Below, piece after piece: positions 7,741 through 16,597 of a stretch of DNA of 55,040 bases. Origin of the DNA: Minisyncoccota bacterium (lineage in GTDB: Bacteria; Patescibacteriota; Minisyncoccia; UBA6257; GWB1-50-10); NCBI GenBank assembly GCA_041665265.1, contig JBAYJE010000005.1, positions 1-55,040 on the forward strand, written 5' to 3'. The notes beneath the pieces are model-generated. The model did not search any database. It was not told where the DNA came from and saw nothing but the letters and a program-made list of their open reading frames with translations. The position numbers and the translations under genes are program-made. Each line of letters begins with the position of its first letter. Within the stretch, counting starts at the first letter, position 1.

Positions 7741-8832
7741 ATGGGTATATATGCAAAAAGGATAGTACTTGTTGTGTGCGCACTTTTAATTAGTTTTTTG
7801 GGGTTTCGTTACGGATATATATTAAAAGGCATACCAGGATTTTCTGGTTTTTTTGCGTCTATTTCAGAAGTTCCTATAGCTATGGTAATACCTCCAGTCC
7901 CCATGCCCGAAGAGGTTCGCGCGATATACATAACGGCAGCTACTGCAGGAAGTAAAAAACGTGTTGAAGAGCTCATTACGTTTGTACACAAAAGTGGCAT
8001 GAACGCGATTGTGGTGAATGTGAAAGATGGCGATGGTGTGTATTTGGGAAGTGGTATGCAGGAGTTTGCAGAGCGATTAAGAAAAGAAAATATATATTCA
8101 ATTGCGCGTATTGTTGTATTTCAAGATAATTATTTTGCAAAACAGCATTTTGAGTTTGCATTGAAAACGGCGAGTAGTACACTTTGGCGTGGAAATGGTT
8201 ATGCGTGGGTTGATCCTTCAATTCAGAAAGTGTGGGAGTATAACGCCGAGATTGCTCTGCGCACATTCAAGAGCGGATTTTCAGAAGTGAACCTTGATTA
8301 TGTACGTTTTCCTGCGGATGGTAATTTGGGTGATATTGTATATCCCGCATATGATGGTAAGACAAAAAAATGGAAAGTTATTGCTGATTTTTCAGCATAT
8401 ATGAAAAATAAAATAAAGGAGCAATATCCTGAACGAATACTCTCACTTGATATATTTGCTTACAGTTTTCTTATCGATGGCGATTTAGGCATTGGTCAAC
8501 GTTTTGCAGACCTTATTGATTTGTACGATGTAATTGCGCCAATGGTGTATCCTTCGCATTTTTCTCCTGGTAATTTCGAATACGAGAATCCTGCAGAAGA
8601 ACCCTATGAAGTGGTGCTTGCGACACTTCAAAACGGAATTTTTGCTATGGAGGAACAAGGGAAATATACGATAATACGGCCGTGGCTTCAGGACTTTAAT
8701 ATGGGTGCAATATATAATCGTGAAAAAATACAGGCAGAAATAAAGGCGGTGCGCGACGTAGGACTGACCACTGGTTGGATGATGTGGAATCCATCGAATC
8801 GGTACGATATTTCAAAATACGAGGTGAAGTAA
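7741..8832 (+). CDS. putative glycoside-hydrolase-like TIM-barrel protein (GHL10/DUF4015-like), membrane anchored
   Basis: N-terminal TM helix, then MNAIVVNVKDGDGV... and NLDYVRFP..., the pattern I associate with DUF4015. The ORF-track GTG start lies inside the upstream terminator. Confidence 0.55.
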   Translation: MGIYAKRIVLVVCALLISFLGFRYGYILKGIPGFSGFFASISEVPIAMVIPPVPMPEEVRAIYITAATAGSKKRVEELITFVHKSGMNAIVVNVKDGDGVYLGSGMQEFAERLRKENIYSIARIVVFQDNYFAKQHFEFALKTASSTLWRGNGYAWVDPSIQKVWEYNAEIALRTFKSGFSEVNLDYVRFPADGNLGDIVYPAYDGKTKKWKVIADFSAYMKNKIKEQYPERILSLDIFAYSFLIDGDLGIGQRFADLIDLYDVIAPMVYPSHFSPGNFEYENPAEEPYEVVLATLQNGIFAMEEQGKYTIIRPWLQDFNMGAIYNREKIQAEIKAVRDVGLTTGWMMWNPSNRYDISKYEVK

Positions 8833-8845
8833 GCGTGAAGGCAAA

Positions 8846-8876
8846 TAAAAATCCCGCCGAAGCGGGATATTTTTTA
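8846..8876. terminator. bidirectional intrinsic terminator
   Basis: AAAAATCCCGCCGAAGCGGGATATTTTTT lies between convergent genes. Confidence 0.8.
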
Positions 8877-9596
8877 TGACTCATTGTAAAGGATATTAGC
8901 AAGCTCTTCGCTTGCTCGAAGGACTGCCTGTTCCAATTCCTCAGTGGATGAAACGTAATGTATGGAGTCCCCAATATAAATATCGACCGGACCACAATTA
9001 AAATTGGGAATGAAGCGTCCTGGCGCGAGAGCAAATTCAGCTCCTTCCACCCATATAGGAATAATAATGGGGCGTTCGACATGTTTTGAAATAAATTTAA
9101 CGCTTTCCGAGAATTTTCCAATTCCTCTTCCACGAGGTGAGAAAACTTTTATCTTGCGTTTGTGGGTTCTTCCGCCCTCAGGAAAGAGTATTACCGTTCC
9201 CTTTTCATCTTGTATAATCTTTATGATTTTTCGCAACACAAGAACATTTTGAGAAGCATTTTCAGCATTGCGGTCAATAAGAATCATGCGTGCGTGGCGA
9301 AATATTTTGAAATACCAATACTTCATAATATTTTCTCGATCAGGCGTATTCCAAGGAATGTATTTGAATGGTTGCAAAATGCATCGAGGGAAAAAGAGGA
9401 AGGGGAGTAATACGGTTTCAAAAAGGGATGGATGATTTGATATTATTAGCATCCCTTGTTTGTGATGCCACAATTTTTCTAATCCATGAATACGTATTTT
9501 TCCGCGCATACGCAGCCAAAGTATTGGTGGACCCATGATAAGCATCACAGCATAGACCGCTGCAAGAAATTTTAATTTTTCAAGAAATTGCTTCAT
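8874..9596 (-). CDS. plsC: lysophospholipid (1-acyl-glycerol-3-phosphate) acyltransferase-like
   Basis: NHPSLFE (HX4D/E-type block) and FPEGGRT blocks typical of PlsC-family acyltransferases. N-terminal TM helix. GGAGA SD. Confidence 0.65.
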   Translation of the reverse strand: MKQFLEKLKFLAAVYAVMLIMGPPILWLRMRGKIRIHGLEKLWHHKQGMLIISNHPSLFETVLLPFLFFPRCILQPFKYIPWNTPDRENIMKYWYFKIFRHARMILIDRNAENASQNVLVLRKIIKIIQDEKGTVILFPEGGRTHKRKIKVFSPRGRGIGKFSESVKFISKHVERPIIIPIWVEGAEFALAPGRFIPNFNCGPVDIYIGDSIHYVSSTEELEQAVLRASEELANILYNES

Positions 9597-9671
9597 CGCT
9601 GTCTCCGTATATTAATGAATGAAAATGACTGGCGTTATTATGCTCATTTTCTTCTTTTTTTGCAATTGTAT

Positions 9672-9693
9672 AAAAAATCCCGCCGAAGCGGGA
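9672..9693 (-). terminator. intrinsic terminator (same hairpin as at 8851)
   Basis: TCCCGC-CGAA-GCGGGA with a T-run on the minus strand. Confidence 0.7.
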
Positions 9694-9695
9694 AT

Positions 9696-10289
9696 TTATT
9701 GAAGAACTCTTTTTCGTGGCAAGAAGAGTAAGCCGGTAATAAATCCGATGACTAGCACCATTGCAACTGGATAAAGAGCAATTGCAAATATCCATTCTCG
9801 GATTGCAAGTACATTTGCGATAGCGCCAAGGAAGAAAAGAGCCCATGCGGTTTTATCTTCTTTTTGTGGTTCATAATACACTTTTCGTACGGTCGGCATT
9901 GATGCAGAGAGATCGACGAGTGTAGTCGTGACGAGTGCCACAAGAGCAGAATCGAAGATGAACCAAAAGAAGAGACTTAAGGCCGCGACGAATATGCATT
10001 TTTGATCAAATGGCGTCCATCCCCCTTCTCCATATTTTATGGAGAAGAGTGCGATTATGGAGCTGCCAATCACATATCCGATTGGGACCCAGATAGTTTC
10101 TCGCGCACCAGATGCATATGAACTTACTGCGATGATGCCGCTTACACCTGCCCAGATGAACCATGATGCGCGATTCGGCTTAGTTCTTTTATTAGGATCA
10201 GGATTCAGAATTGAGCGAATGTAGGGCACATATGAGGCGATTGAGAAGAGTCCTGCAAGTACGCCAAAAATTTCTTTAATGTCGTACAT
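9696..10289 (-). CDS. polytopic membrane protein (PQ-loop-like?)
   Basis: About 6-7 TM segments. The N-terminal FSIASYVPYIRSIL is reminiscent of PQ-loop repeats. TGGAGA SD. Confidence 0.5.
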   Translation of the reverse strand: MYDIKEIFGVLAGLFSIASYVPYIRSILNPDPNKRTKPNRASWFIWAGVSGIIAVSSYASGARETIWVPIGYVIGSSIIALFSIKYGEGGWTPFDQKCIFVAALSLFFWFIFDSALVALVTTTLVDLSASMPTVRKVYYEPQKEDKTAWALFFLGAIANVLAIREWIFAIALYPVAMVLVIGFITGLLFLPRKRVLQ

Positions 10290-10373
10290 AACATCTCCAG
10301 ACGTGAATGAATTTTAGTGAACTGGGAATATTCTATCATTAATTTATTAAAAAGTCAATGATTGTGGAGATTC

Positions 10374-10402
10374 TTGCATAAAGTATAAAAAGGTTGTAAT
10401 GT
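10374..10402 (+). promoter_or_regulatory. sigma70-type promoter
   Basis: TTGCAT-17 nt-TAATGT. Confidence 0.45.
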
Positions 10403-10450
10403 ATGGCTATTCGTTCGTTCACATTTTAATAACAACTATAGGAAACCACC

Positions 10451-10873
10451 ATGATGACAGTTGTTCATAGATTAGCGCACATTTTCTCGATTCAAACTCG
10501 TCATAATACTACAAAGAAGATAGAAGAGGTGCTGTGTCAGAATCTGAATCTCTCAAGGGAAGAAAAAGTAGAAGTGCTTGCGGAAAGCAAAAATGAGGGA
10601 GAAAAGGCCATTATTAAAACAAAGGATGGTGTTCGTAAGTTATGGATTCGTCATTTTGGAAATCAAATTGAATTGCTTGTTCAATTTGGTAACAACGATA
10701 AAAAGTCGATGGTTGATGAATTCTTACTCTTTTCTGAGCACAGCAATCTGCCGAAAAGATCAGAAATTCCTATTGTGTTGAATTTCCCTTGTGGACGGAA
10801 GATTCCTGCCCATTTTCCGAACGGTGATGAATGTGAGACCGTCTCTGTATATGAGAAAAATCAGGAAGAATAA
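10451..10873 (+). CDS. hypothetical protein
   Basis: 140-aa ORF with a terminator downstream and no recognisable motif. Confidence 0.45.
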   Translation: MMTVVHRLAHIFSIQTRHNTTKKIEEVLCQNLNLSREEKVEVLAESKNEGEKAIIKTKDGVRKLWIRHFGNQIELLVQFGNNDKKSMVDEFLLFSEHSNLPKRSEIPIVLNFPCGRKIPAHFPNGDECETVSVYEKNQEE

Positions 10874-10880
10874 AGAATAG

Positions 10881-10909
10881 CCCACTCCAGTAATCGGAGT
10901 GGGATTTTT
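10881..10909 (+). terminator. intrinsic terminator
   Basis: Stem CCCACTCC/GGAGTGGG followed by ATTTTT. Confidence 0.8.
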
Positions 10910-10974
10910 ATTATGATACACACAGATTTTGTTCATTTTGCAAAGCATAGAGGGGAGCGTGTACACTAAGAGCA

Positions 10975-12684
10975 ATGGCAAAGGAGGTAGATCTTATTAA
11001 GGAAAAATTACCCGTACTCGATTTTTTGCGTTCCTATATTGCGGTGACTCCTGCAGGAAGGAATTTTAGAGCGCTCTGTCCTTTTCATCCTGAAAAAACA
11101 CCCTCATTTATTATTTCTCCTGATAGGGGGCGATGGCATTGTTTTGGATGTGGCGAAGGAGGAGATGTCATTACTTTTGTAATGAAGTATGAGAATCTCG
11201 AATTTCCTGAGGCGCTTCGCTTTCTTGCCGAGCGCGCAGGTATTACCTTGCCCTCACTTAATCCTCAATATCAGCGTGAGTTCGGAGTACTTTATGATGC
11301 AAATGAAGCCGCAAAAGATTTTTTTACTGCGGAGCTTTTGAAAAATTCTGCAGCGCTTGAATATTTTACAAGTCGTGGATTAACAAATGAAACAATAAAA
11401 GAGTTTTCTCTTGGGTTTTCGCCAGGAGGAGATGCAATGACACTCGCGCTTATCAAAAAAGGATTTGACGTAAATGATATTGCGCGTGCAGGACTCGCGT
11501 ACAAAACTGCGCGTGGATTATTCCGTGACCGATTTGAACATAGAATAATGTTTCCACTTGCGAATCATGTGGGGAAGACGGTAGCATTTACCGGGCGTAT
11601 TTTTGGATCACAGACCATGCCTGAGGGAGAGATTCCTAAATATATGAATAGTCCTGAAACGCCTATATTTAATAAATCACGCATGCTCTATGGATTGCAC
11701 AAATCAAAGATTGAAATTGCACGCGCGAAAGCGGTGGTTGTGGTAGAGGGGCAGATGGATTTTCTAATGTTGTGGCAGTGTGGAGTGCGTAATGCAGTGG
11801 CAGTTTCTGGTACTGGATTTACTGAGTATCATTTAGAACGATTGCGCCGGCTTGCTGACACGGTGTATGCGAGTTTTGATAATGACGCCGCAGGAGTAAA
11901 AGCAATGGAGCGCATGCTCGCTATGCTTTCGCAACAGGATTTTCATGTGAAGGTTCTCCAATTTGGAATATATAAGGATCCTGCCGAGGCACTTCAGAAG
12001 GAGCCCGAGTATATGCAAGGTGCATTGGAAAAAGCAGTGCCCGCATTCCAATTTCTTTTCAAAAAATATTTTAGTGCAGAAATGGTGCGTAGTGATTTGG
12101 CACTAAAAAAGCGCATAGTGGCGCACATGCTGGAACTTATCTTTCTAGTAAAAAATTCAGTAGAACGAAGCGAATGGATGAGAGAACTTGCATCCGCATC
12201 ATCTGTTTCGGAAAATGCACTTCGCGAAGAATTTGAGAAACTCGAGGAGAAAAAAGGAAATACCGAGAAAGAGAAAGAACCTTCGCGGGATGCAGGCTCT
12301 TTGTATGAAGATCGCACTAACCGTATTGCAAAACGGCTTCTCGCGCTCGCATTTACAAATGAGGCATTAAAGGGTATAATCACCGAAAATAAAGAATATA
12401 TGCCAAAGGTTTTCTCGCAAATGCTTGAACATCCTGAGGCGGAATCCGCTGAATTGTTTCAAATGCAATCAAGCTATTTATTTGGAACGGCGGATGAAAA
12501 AGATGTTCGTAACGAATGTTATGAGCTCATAAAACAATTAAAGCTTGAATATTTCAAGCGAGAGCAGGAAGACCTGAAGAGGTCTATCAATGCGGCGGAG
12601 GCAAGCGGCGATGAGGCGAAATTTCTCGAGGCGATGGGGAAATTTCAAGAACTTTCGAAAAAAATGAATGAATTAAAATCTTAA
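10975..12684 (+). CDS. dnaG: DNA primase
   Basis: Zn-finger [11 protein letters not shown]...[17 protein letters not shown] block [10 protein letters not shown]...DNDAAG. Confidence 0.93.
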   Translation: MAKEVDLIKEKLPVLDFLRSYIAVTPAGRNFRALCPFHPEKTPSFIISPDRGRWHCFGCGEGGDVITFVMKYENLEFPEALRFLAERAGITLPSLNPQYQREFGVLYDANEAAKDFFTAELLKNSAALEYFTSRGLTNETIKEFSLGFSPGGDAMTLALIKKGFDVNDIARAGLAYKTARGLFRDRFEHRIMFPLANHVGKTVAFTGRIFGSQTMPEGEIPKYMNSPETPIFNKSRMLYGLHKSKIEIARAKAVVVVEGQMDFLMLWQCGVRNAVAVSGTGFTEYHLERLRRLADTVYASFDNDAAGVKAMERMLAMLSQQDFHVKVLQFGIYKDPAEALQKEPEYMQGALEKAVPAFQFLFKKYFSAEMVRSDLALKKRIVAHMLELIFLVKNSVERSEWMRELASASSVSENALREEFEKLEEKKGNTEKEKEPSRDAGSLYEDRTNRIAKRLLALAFTNEALKGIITENKEYMPKVFSQMLEHPEAESAELFQMQSSYLFGTADEKDVRNECYELIKQLKLEYFKREQEDLKRSINAAEASGDEAKFLEAMGKFQELSKKMNELKS

Positions 12685-13880
12685 TGAAGAAAAAACAAAC
12701 AAAAGTAAAAGGAAAGACCGCAAAGCATCCAGTAGCAAAGAAGACAGTAGCAAAGTCAGCAAAGAAAACAAAGAAAGGGAAGAAAGCAATTGTTATTCCC
12801 GAGGAATATGCACAACACCTTATTGATCTCGTAAAGCGCGGTCGCGTACGTGGATTCGTAAACGACGCGGAAATTTTAAACTATTTCCCCGATATTGAAA
12901 AAAACCTCTCCTTCCTTGAGGAAGTGTATACACGTCTTGATAAGGAGGGTATTAAGGTGCACGAGACATCCCCGCTTATGAAGGCGGCACAGACTGACCG
13001 TGAAGAGGTAACAGTAAAAGAGCTTGAGGATTCTACTCGTATTGATCAGGACCTTCCTGATGCAGTACAGATGTATTTGAAAGAGATTGGCCGCACCCCA
13101 CTCCTTAATTCAAAAGAAGAGAAAGAACTCGCAAAACGAAATGAGGCAGGTGATGAGTTGGCGCGTCAGAAGTTAATTCAGGCAAACCTTCGTCTTGTGG
13201 TCTCTATCGCAAAGCGTTATGTAAATAGAAGTCCACATCTTTCTATTCTTGATCTTATTCAAGAGGGAAATATCGGTCTTTCACGTGCGGTTGATAAATT
13301 TGATTATCGCAGAGGATTTAAGTTTTCAACCTATGCAACTTGGTGGATTCGCCAAGCGGTGACTCGTGCGCTTGCAGATTATTCGCGTACTATTCGTATT
13401 CCTGTACATATGGTGGAAACTATCACAAAGTATACGCAGACGAAACGTCGTCTTATGCAGGAATTGGGCCGAGAGCCATTACCTGAGGAAATTGCGACTG
13501 AGATGAATTTGGACGTGGAAAAAGTACATTACATTCAAAAGATTTCTCAAGAGGTTATTTCTCTTGAAACGCCAATTGGCGACGATGACGAGGACTCAAC
13601 ACTTTCCGATTTCATTAAAGATGAGACGAGTATGAGTCCCGATCAGCTCGCAAATGCCGCTCTCTTACGCGACCAGATTCGCGAAGTACTTACCGATCTT
13701 ACCGAACGGGAACGCAAGATTCTTTCTATGCGTTTTGGGTTGGAGGATAATATTCCTCACACTCTGGAAGAAGTAGGGAAGGTGTTTGGAGTAACTCGTG
13801 AGCGTATTCGTCAGATTGAGGCAAAAGCACTGGAAAAAATTCGAGGACATAAAGATATTAAGAAACTTGAAGGATACTAG
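12684..13880 (+). CDS. rpoD: RNA polymerase sigma-70 factor
   Basis: Regions 1.2-4.2 are recognisable: [66 protein letters not shown]. The start overlaps the dnaG stop (TAATG). Confidence 0.95.
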   Translation: MKKKQTKVKGKTAKHPVAKKTVAKSAKKTKKGKKAIVIPEEYAQHLIDLVKRGRVRGFVNDAEILNYFPDIEKNLSFLEEVYTRLDKEGIKVHETSPLMKAAQTDREEVTVKELEDSTRIDQDLPDAVQMYLKEIGRTPLLNSKEEKELAKRNEAGDELARQKLIQANLRLVVSIAKRYVNRSPHLSILDLIQEGNIGLSRAVDKFDYRRGFKFSTYATWWIRQAVTRALADYSRTIRIPVHMVETITKYTQTKRRLMQELGREPLPEEIATEMNLDVEKVHYIQKISQEVISLETPIGDDDEDSTLSDFIKDETSMSPDQLANAALLRDQIREVLTDLTERERKILSMRFGLEDNIPHTLEEVGKVFGVTRERIRQIEAKALEKIRGHKDIKKLEGY

Positions 13881-13884
13881 GTAC

Positions 13885-13919
13885 ATTCCGCTCATCCGAA
13901 CTGGATGAGCGGAATTTTT
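13885..13919 (+). terminator. intrinsic terminator
   Basis: 13-bp stem ATTCCGCTCATCC/GGATGAGCGGAAT followed by TTTT. Confidence 0.85.
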
Positions 13920-13920
13920 A

Positions 13921-13950
13921 TTGACACAGCTTCATGAATTGCGGTAATGT
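13921..13950 (+). promoter_or_regulatory. sigma70-type promoter
   Basis: TTGACA-18 nt-TAATGT. Confidence 0.5.
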
Positions 13951-13994
13951 AGGGATAGTTTTTTTCATATCACTTATCTACAAAGGAGATTATT

Positions 13995-14369
13995 ATGCAC
14001 AACATATTTTGGGGTATCTGGGTGCAAACCGAAACGAATATCCAAAAACTTATTGATGAACAGGTCCGCATGCTTCTTACTTACGTTGGGGAACACGAAA
14101 ACTGTTTTCCTCAGATTCATGTGCGACTTCCTCACCATTCGGGAGATACGAGCGAAGTGGAGCATTCACTCACTCATTTAGGTAGCATGATAGGATATGA
14201 GAGCAAGCGTTTGTATTCGCTTTCTAACACCGCTCATCCTGCGTATGTCGTTGCGCGTGAATGTACCCATGAGGAACTTGCCCGTCTTGTGCGGAATCCC
14301 CAATTTATTAAAGGGCTTGCCGACATAGTTTCAATTTTTTTGAAAAAAGAAGAGGAGAAAAAACAGTAA
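13995..14369 (+). CDS. hypothetical protein
   Basis: AAAGGAG SD, 124 aa, terminator downstream, no recognisable motif. Confidence 0.5.
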   Translation: MHNIFWGIWVQTETNIQKLIDEQVRMLLTYVGEHENCFPQIHVRLPHHSGDTSEVEHSLTHLGSMIGYESKRLYSLSNTAHPAYVVARECTHEELARLVRNPQFIKGLADIVSIFLKKEEEKKQ

Positions 14370-14377
14370 ACATGCAT

Positions 14378-14406
14378 TTCCCCACCATTGGTGGGGATTT
14401 TATTTT
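14378..14406 (+). terminator. intrinsic terminator
   Basis: Stem CCCCACC/GGTGGGG followed by ATTTTATTTTT. Confidence 0.75.
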
Positions 14407-14446
14407 TATGGAAATCGTGCGTGAGGTAGGGTAGAATAGAAAAATC

Positions 14447-16219
14447 ATGACAAAGGTGATGGCATATGAAATACGTGAGAAGTTTCTTTCGTTTTTCCGC
14501 ACAAAACAACATACACTCATTCCCTCCGCATCGCTTATTCCGGAGAATGACCCTACCGTTCTTTTTACAACCGCAGGTATGCATCCTTTGGTTCCCTTTT
14601 TGCTTGGTGAAAAACACCCAGGTGGCGTGCGACTTGCGGATGCGCAAAAATGTATTCGCACCGGAGATATTGATGAGGTGGGCGATGCCACACATCTTAC
14701 TTTTTTTGAGATGTTAGGAAATTGGTCACTCGGTGATTATTTTAAAAAGGAAGCGATAGAATATAGTTTTGAATTTCTCACTTCAAAAGAGTGGCTTGGA
14801 TTTGATAAGAAATTTTTGGCAGTTTCTGTATTCGAAGGAGATAATGATGCGTCATTTGATGAAGAGGCATTTACTATTTGGAAGTCACTTGGTATTCCCG
14901 AAGAACGCATTGCAAAATTGCCGAAGAAAAATAATTGGTGGGGGCCAGCAGGCGAGACGGGGCCTTGTGGACCTGATACTGAGATGTTTTATTGGACGGG
15001 GAAACCGGAAGAAATTCCTGATTCATTTAATGATGATAATCCACTTTGGGTAGAGATTTGGAATGATGTTTTCATGCAGTACAACAAGCGTGCGGATGGA
15101 ACATTTGAACCGTTGAAGCAAAAAAATGTTGATACTGGTATGGGACTCGAGCGCACGGTTGCGGTCTTGAATAAGTGCGATGTGTATCAGATTGATACGT
15201 TTAAACCAATTATTGAGGAGATAGAAACATTGTCTGGTAAAAAGTATGGAGTAAACGCGGAGGATACCCGTGCAATGCGAATTATTGCTGATCATCTTCG
15301 TGCGGCAGTATTTATTGTGGGCGATGAGCGAGGAGTGGTGCCGAGTAATACGGGTCAGGGATATGTATTACGAAGACTTATTCGTCGTGCGGTAAGATAT
15401 GGAAAAGTATTGGAAATTGAGCATATGTTCGCAAAAAATATTGCAATAAAAGTGATTGGTATATTTGGCGAGTATTACCCAGAACTTATAACCAATAGTG
15501 ATAAAATTCTTGAAGAAGTAGAAAGAGAAGAAGACAAATTCGGTTTGGCACTAAAACGTGGTCTTGCTGAGTTTGAGAAAATTGCACACATAGACGGAAA
15601 GGTTGCATTTGATCTTTATCAATCCTACGGATTTCCTTTGGAGCTTACTGAAGAACTTTCTCACGAGCGTGGTCTTGCTATAGATAAGGAAGTATTTATT
15701 GCAGAGTTTAAGAAGCATCAAGAGCTTTCTCGTACTGCTTCCGCGGGTCAATTTAAAGGTGGTCTTGCAGATAGTTCGGAGAATGTGGTGAAGCTTCATA
15801 CGGCAACACACTTATTACATCAGGCACTTATTGATGTACTTCATATTCCTGCGAATCAAAAAGGATCGAACATCACTGCGGAGCGATTACGATTTGATTT
15901 TGAATGTTCACGTAAGGTAACGCCGGAAGAAATTGTAAAAGTTGAAGAAATTGTAAATAAGAGAATCCAAGAAGACCTACCAGTGCACTTTGAATTACTT
16001 ACTGTAGATGAGGCAAAAGAGAAGGGGGCGATTGGTATTTTTGAAGATAAGTATGCGCAACTAGGGAGTAAGGTAAAGGCGTATTTTGTAGGGGATTATT
16101 CAAAAGAAATTTGTGGCGGGCCTCATGTAGAACATACGGGTGTTCTTGGGCATTTTAAAATACAAAAAGAAGAGGCGGTTTCGGCAGGAGTGCGAAGAAT
16201 TAAGGCTATTGTAAGCTAA
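14447..16219 (+). CDS. alaS: alanine--tRNA ligase, short form (no C-Ala domain)
   Basis: Class II core (FTTAGM, GNWSLGDYFK, WWGPAGETGPCGPDTE, DTGMGLER) and editing-domain motifs HTATHLLH and CGGPHV. The ORF ends right after GVRRIKAIVS at 590 aa. The ATG at 14459 is an alternative start. Confidence 0.9.
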   Translation: MTKVMAYEIREKFLSFFRTKQHTLIPSASLIPENDPTVLFTTAGMHPLVPFLLGEKHPGGVRLADAQKCIRTGDIDEVGDATHLTFFEMLGNWSLGDYFKKEAIEYSFEFLTSKEWLGFDKKFLAVSVFEGDNDASFDEEAFTIWKSLGIPEERIAKLPKKNNWWGPAGETGPCGPDTEMFYWTGKPEEIPDSFNDDNPLWVEIWNDVFMQYNKRADGTFEPLKQKNVDTGMGLERTVAVLNKCDVYQIDTFKPIIEEIETLSGKKYGVNAEDTRAMRIIADHLRAAVFIVGDERGVVPSNTGQGYVLRRLIRRAVRYGKVLEIEHMFAKNIAIKVIGIFGEYYPELITNSDKILEEVEREEDKFGLALKRGLAEFEKIAHIDGKVAFDLYQSYGFPLELTEELSHERGLAIDKEVFIAEFKKHQELSRTASAGQFKGGLADSSENVVKLHTATHLLHQALIDVLHIPANQKGSNITAERLRFDFECSRKVTPEEIVKVEEIVNKRIQEDLPVHFELLTVDEAKEKGAIGIFEDKYAQLGSKVKAYFVGDYSKEICGGPHVEHTGVLGHFKIQKEEAVSAGVRRIKAIVS

Positions 16220-16228
16220 AAGCACCTA

Positions 16229-16257
16229 TTGACAAATTATATATAATATGCTATCAT
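16229..16257 (+). promoter_or_regulatory. near-consensus sigma70 promoter
   Basis: TTGACA-17 nt-TATCAT. Confidence 0.6.
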
Positions 16258-16303
16258 GTTAGCATAGTTCATTGATTTTCAAATCTATTTTTGGAGGCTA
16301 CAT

Positions 16304-16528
16304 ATGGTTGTCAGTGAAAAAAGTTTTGTTGGATACGGCAGTTATCGCGAAGAAACGCGAGTACCGCTTAGTGTTGCAATTTCGCGTTTCTTGAGCGAAG
16401 CGAATGCACGCATTTCAATGCATACATCAGGAATGAATGAAATTGCAGTGCAGCGTACACGGCGTATGTCACACAAGGAAGCGGTAAGAAAATGTGGTGC
16501 CAAGTTTGCTCGCAAATTTGGTTATTAA
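16304..16528 (+). CDS. small basic protein (74 aa), unknown
   Basis: GGAGG SD, its own promoter and its own terminator. Arg/Lys-rich C-terminal half. Confidence 0.55.
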   Translation: MVVSEKSFVGYGSYREETRVPLSVAISRFLSEANARISMHTSGMNEIAVQRTRRMSHKEAVRKCGAKFARKFGY

Positions 16529-16533
16529 TATAT

Positions 16534-16573
16534 AATCTCTGGATGTACTACGGTATATTCAGAGATTTTTTTT
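16534..16573 (+). terminator. intrinsic terminator
   Basis: 8-bp stem AATCTCTG/CAGAGATT followed by T8. Confidence 0.75.
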
Positions 16574-16597
16574 ACTATTAAGGTATAATAAACATAA

